Made by a program: the position numbers and the translations under genes
The notes under the pieces: generated by a model
Told to the model about the DNA's origin: nothing
Databases searched by the model: none
What the model saw: the letters and a program-made list of their open reading frames with translations, nothing else
Part shown: positions 9,528 to 13,430 of the stretch, in pieces
Numbering within the stretch: position 1 is the first letter of the stretch
Layout: every line of letters begins with the position of its first letter
Assembly: GCF_006345805.1 (NCBI RefSeq)
Contig: NW_021826134.1
Location: forward strand, 1-13,430
Direction: 5' to 3'
DNA: 13,430 nucleotides
Source of the DNA: Octopus sinensis
Taxonomy: Eukaryota

Positions 9528-10020
9528 CTGTAAATAATAAGGCCATGCAAGACATTCTTAAAATTCTATACGTATCTGTTATCTTTATTCTTATCCAAAT
9601 TCCAGCGACAGACCTTTTATATATTCATTTTTTTTTAAAGTTTCAGCTTAGAGCTGCGGCCATGGTGATGCACCGCCGTTTTGCGCTACACTGTTATTAC
9701 TAGGAGCCTCCTCTAATATGTGGCACTTGATGAAGAATGGAGTTTGATATAGCTACCCTCATTTGAAAACAATTCCTTCATTCTAGAAAGAAGACTAATT
9801 AATAAAAAGAAAAGAAAAAAGTCATATAAATACATCTTTATGTATAACAATATCAAAAATGTGCTGTAGTAATAAGCATTTTAAGCTTATGGCAAACAAA
9901 TTTTCTGCGGATGCGATTACAGAAAAATATTCTAAGTCTACGCAAAATACAAATGCGAAATGCCGATATCACAAATGGTACATATGTATGTATATATATA
10001 CACATATACATAGATATATG

Positions 10021-10203
10021 ATAGATCTCTAGCCACTACACATTCTTTATTTTCTTTCCTTGTTTCTTTTTGTGTTCCTTTCTGTGGAAGAGCGTAGGCT
10101 CGAAACGTTAAAGACTTTTTCACTTTCCAAGCGTTATACCAATACATCTGTTTGTTGTCTACACCACCTGTCTACGTCTTTTCTTTTTTGTGTGAATTCT
10201 CCC
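10021..10203 (+). mobile_element. Short dispersed repeat (PLE-pLTR-like) with variant hammerhead motif, copy 2
   Basis: Homologous to 5627-5785. HHR layout at 10078-10113: CTTT-CTGTGGA-A-GAGC-GTAG-GCTC-GAAA-CG-TT-AAAG. Confidence 0.75.
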
Positions 10204-10324
10204 TATATATATACAAGATTAATCAGCCGAAATTGCGAGGATGATCTTGACTGAAGATCATGTCCCGTTCATGTCTTTTGTATCGTCTTCTAAATGTTTT
10301 ACGTTCTTGTCCCAGTTTGTATTT

Positions 10325-10327
<3 letters not shown>

Positions 10328-10371
<44 letters not shown>

Positions 10372-10470
10372 ATATTATATATATATATACACATATATAC
10401 ATACGTATAATATATATATATTATATATATATATATATATCATATATATCTACATACATGTATTATATAT

Positions 10471-10501
<31 letters not shown>

Positions 10502-10520
10502 CATACATATAAGTATATAT
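10328..10520. repeat. (TA)n microsatellite
   Basis: Seen directly. Confidence 0.95.
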
Positions 10521-10559
10521 GTGTGAGTGTCTCTTTTTGTCTGTGTTCCCAATATCACG

Positions 10560-11010
10560 CGACCATTTTTGCATCTTATTGTTACGTGTGATGAAATATG
10601 GAATCTTTTCAACAATGGCAAGCGTTCTGCACGGTGGTTGGAAAGAGACGAAGTGCCAAAACACAGTCCAAAAAAGAAAATTCATCAAATAAAGCTCATG
10701 GTGTCTGTTTGGTAGTCCAGCATTGGTGTCATCCGCTGCAGCTTCATGAGACCTAGTAATGATGTGTGAACTTGCAATTGACAAACCGAGATTAGTCAAT
10801 AGAGACAGGCCAATTCTCTTGCAATGCTTGTCAACAGGTTGCTGAACTTAGAAGTACTCTGTCATGCACCATATTTACCAAAGCTTCCGCCAACTGACTA
10901 TCACGTTTTCCAGGCATTAGACTTTTGCAAGGAAAAAACTTCAAATCTGAAGAAGATGCAAAAAACAGGGTTTCAGTTCAAAATCGGACATTTCATTCTT
11001 AATGACCTGA
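10560..11010 (+). mobile_element. Decayed mariner (Tc1/mariner, DD34D-type) transposase fragment with probable 3' TIR remnant
   Basis: FLHLIVTCDEIW (first catalytic D), KLMVSVW*, RPILLQ (10807-10824; the following DNARPH motif is deleted), and HAPYLPKLPPTDYHVFQALD (HPPYSPDLAPxDY motif). Stops, frameshifts and deletions throughout. Confidence 0.9.
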
Positions 11011-11014
11011 TGTC

Positions 11015-11125
11015 TATATACATACATACATACATACATACATACATACATACATACATACATGCATACATATATATATATATTTATATATACATACACA
11101 CATACATACATATATACATATGTAT
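11015..11125. repeat. (TACA)n/(TA)n microsatellite
   Basis: Seen directly. Confidence 0.9.
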
Positions 11126-11129
11126 GCAT

Positions 11130-11332
11130 GTTGTTTGTCTAAGCGTTTGCGCTGTGCTTGTTCTCCTTACTGCTTGACAACCGGTGTTGGTTTGCTTATG
11201 CACGCATAATTTAGCTGCAAAAGAGAACGATACAATGATAGCAGACTTAAAAACAAATGCGTACTGGGTTTTATTTGTTCGACTAAACACGTCAAGGCAA
11301 AGAACTCCAGTATGGCCACAGTAAAAGATGAA
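11130..11332 (+). mobile_element. SINE family B, diverged 3' half; tail interrupted and resuming at about 11603-11624
   Basis: GCTTGACAACCG.TG.TGGT, TTGTTCGACTAAA and CTCCAG.ATGGCC.CAGT match the family B copies. CAAAAGTAAAA...GTAAAG after 11602 looks like the rest of the tail. Confidence 0.7.
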
Positions 11333-11602
11333 TTGTAACAGATGAATTTCTACACATCTGTGACCACTTCAGTGACACTTTCCATCCTCGTGTATGCTCC
11401 TGCTCTACTTAATCTATAAGAATGGATTAAGCAGAGCAGGAACATACACAAGGATAGAAAGTGTCCCTCTGCTCTGCTTAATCTATGAAAATGGATTAAG
11501 CAAGGCAGGAGCATACACAAGGACAGAAAGTGTCGCTGAAGAGGTCACACGTGTGTGACGAAAGGTTTCCAGACAATGAACAGAAAAATTCATATCCTAC
11601 AA
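11333..11602. mobile_element. 270-bp palindromic element with internal tandem duplication and hammerhead motif
   Basis: By manual count, 11352-11417 vs the reverse complement of 11491-11556 matches 55/66 ungapped, and the termini 11333-11349 vs 11586-11602 match 14/17. 11400-11465 is directly repeated at 11469-11534. Confidence 0.85.
11531..11575 (+). ncRNA. Minimal type I hammerhead ribozyme motif
   Basis: CTGAAGA 11536-11542; extra G; perfect helix II GTCACA-CGTG-TGTGAC 11544-11559; GAAA 11560-11563; UC at 11568-11569; helix I TGTCG with C(A)GACA, one bulge. Helix III is reduced. Confidence 0.65.
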
Positions 11603-12332
11603 CAAAAGTAAAAAAAAAGTAAAGCTAAACTAAAAGTCAGCCTTGAGCTGGCCCACTTGGGCCACAGAAAGAAAACAGGGAATATTTACTACACGTAACC
11701 TGTTGGTGCATCTCGATGTTTCTGTGACTATTCAGGAAGATTGATAGATTGATAGCTTGATACGAAAATAGAGAAAGTGAGTGACATAAGGAAAGGAAAA
11801 CAGTGAGAAAGAGAGAGAAAAGAAAGAGAGAGAGGAAAGAGAGTGAGTTTTTCAGAATAGTCTTTATGTAGTCATTATTTGATATCTTCTGATATCACAT
11901 TATATATTAAATAAAAACACAAACATTAATCTTTTGTACACAAGTGTGCTATTGTAATTTCAATATATAATTTCACCAACTAATGTAGGTATGATATTTT
12001 CATGCATAGAATATACACAGCACCTGTTTAACATCAATCACGTCATTTGACAGGTAAATTCCACACATTATTCAAATTTTATTCTCCGGCTTATTTCTTT
12101 ATGTTTTTGCCTGTTTTGAAAATTCAAAGAATTGGCACTTCAGGGGTTGATTTCGGCTTTAACAATTTTTTTTATCATTATTTGTATTTGTATATTGTAA
12201 TTGTGGAGGGGCATTTTATTGAAGCTTTGTGTTTCGATTTTGATTTTGAAGAAAAAAAAATAATGAAGACTTTCGTATGGTATTTTATATTCTAGTGAAA
12301 TTTAACTGTCACATTGTCATATATACATAAGC

Positions 12333-12640
12333 CACCCACCTTCTCCTCCCACCCCACCTCCTTCTCCTCCTCCACCCCTCTCCCTTCTGTCCTCCTCCCC
12401 ATCCCCTCCTCCCCTCCATCCATCCTTCCCGCCCACCCCTCCTCTTCTTCCCACCCCTCTTCTTTCTCCCACCCCCTCATCGTCCTCCACGTCCTCCACG
12501 TCCTCCACGTCCTCCTCCCCTCTCCCTTCTGTCCTCCTCCCCTCTGGTCTCCTCCCCATCTCTCCTCCCCTCTGTCCTCCTCCCCATCCCTCCCCTCCCT
12601 TCCCACTCCTCTTCTTCTTCTTCCTCCTCCTCCTTCTCAT
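12333..12640. repeat. C/T-rich low-complexity tract (CCT/CCC based)
   Basis: Almost purely pyrimidine + strand; includes CGTCCTCCA x3. Confidence 0.9.
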
Positions 12641-13279
12641 TCCCGTCATCGTCATCATTACTTTGAGAAGGAACATCATTATCGTCATCACGAACATCGT
12701 AACCATTAACATTACGAGAATCAAAAGTAACTCAGTTATCATCGTTTTAATATTTAGCATAATTTTCATCATCCTCATCGTCTTCAGCATCGTCAGCATC
12801 GTCCATCCTCTTCGTCATCGACCTTGTTTTCGTCATCGTCATCGTCATCGTCATCACCATAATAATTCTCATAGTCGACATCACCGTCATCACGTTCGAC
12901 GTCGTCTTCACCATGATCAGAACAATAACCTTTAGCAATTATCCTTACCTTCCTGGATCGTCGTCATCATCATCACCATCACCACCATCTTCATCATTAT
13001 CGTCCTCATCGTCGTCGTCGTCGTCGTCATCATCATCACCATCACCAGCAGCACCACCACCACCACCATCCTCATCCTCATCCTCATCATCACCATTATA
13101 TCGTCGTCGTCGTCGTCGTCGTCATCATCATCATCACCATCACCACCATCTTCATCATCATTATCATCATCGTCATCATCGTCGTCGTCGTCGTCGTCGT
13201 CATCATTATCATCATCATCACCACCACCACCACCAACACCACCATCATCATTATCATCATCATCATTATCATTATCATT
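12641..13279. repeat. Compound trinucleotide tract (CAT/CGT/CAC/CCT)n
   Basis: Seen directly; gives the poly-His/Arg/Ser/Met ORFs. Confidence 0.9.
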
Positions 13280-13430
13280 ACGTGAGCCCTGGCGAAAATC
13301 ATCATTTTCTCACTTTATTATGTTGAATGTCATTATTCTGTACTGTTGCAATATTATAGAACACAAACCCAGAAGATAGGGGGACCCCCTAGCCCACGAT
13401 TCTCTGTCTTCCAACTGTGGCATTATTCTT

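Noticed and set aside
9641-9678. Short match to the family B SINE 3' end (also ~4022-4058)
   Set aside because: Under 40 bp and diverged; probably SINE debris but too short to call.
10241-10261. 8-bp hairpin ATGATCTT/AAGATCAT (also TGGCCCA/TGGGCCA at 11648-11663)
   Set aside because: Short inverted repeats like these are expected by chance in 13 kb, and there is no supporting context.
11400-11534. CRISPR-like repeat
   Set aside because: Only two 66-nt units separated by 3 nt, no spacers, no cas genes, eukaryotic context.
12020-12320. 82-aa + strand ORF, or another - strand fossil exon
   Set aside because: The + ORF is T-rich with no recognisable motif; the - frame has many stops and no clear acceptor.
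12292-13326. His/Ser/Pro/Arg/Met/Gly-rich ORFs
   Set aside because: Open on both strands and in several frames because of triplet and pyrimidine repeats; no domain or splice support.

Overview
AT-rich, repeat-dense eukaryotic DNA, most likely intronic or intergenic. The SINE families match my recollection of octopus (coleoid cephalopod) repeats; this is not verified by a search. There is no intact protein-coding gene, and nearly all supplied ORFs are microsatellite or repeat artefacts. The window holds two tRNA-derived SINE families (7 larger copies), a decayed mariner transposase, a decayed Penelope-like (GIY-YIG) retroelement end and many (TA)n/(CA)n/(GA)n/trinucleotide tracts. Two things stand out. 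(1) Five minimal type I hammerhead-ribozyme (HHR) motifs from 3-4 Penelope-pLTR/retrozyme-like repeat families, all on the + strand; one lies in a 270-bp self-complementary element nested in a SINE tail. (2) Several splice-site-bounded, exon-like segments on the - strand, including a 114-nt phase-0 segment whose single in-frame TGA falls in a UxxC context, so it is either a selenoprotein-like exon or a pseudogene nonsense codon.
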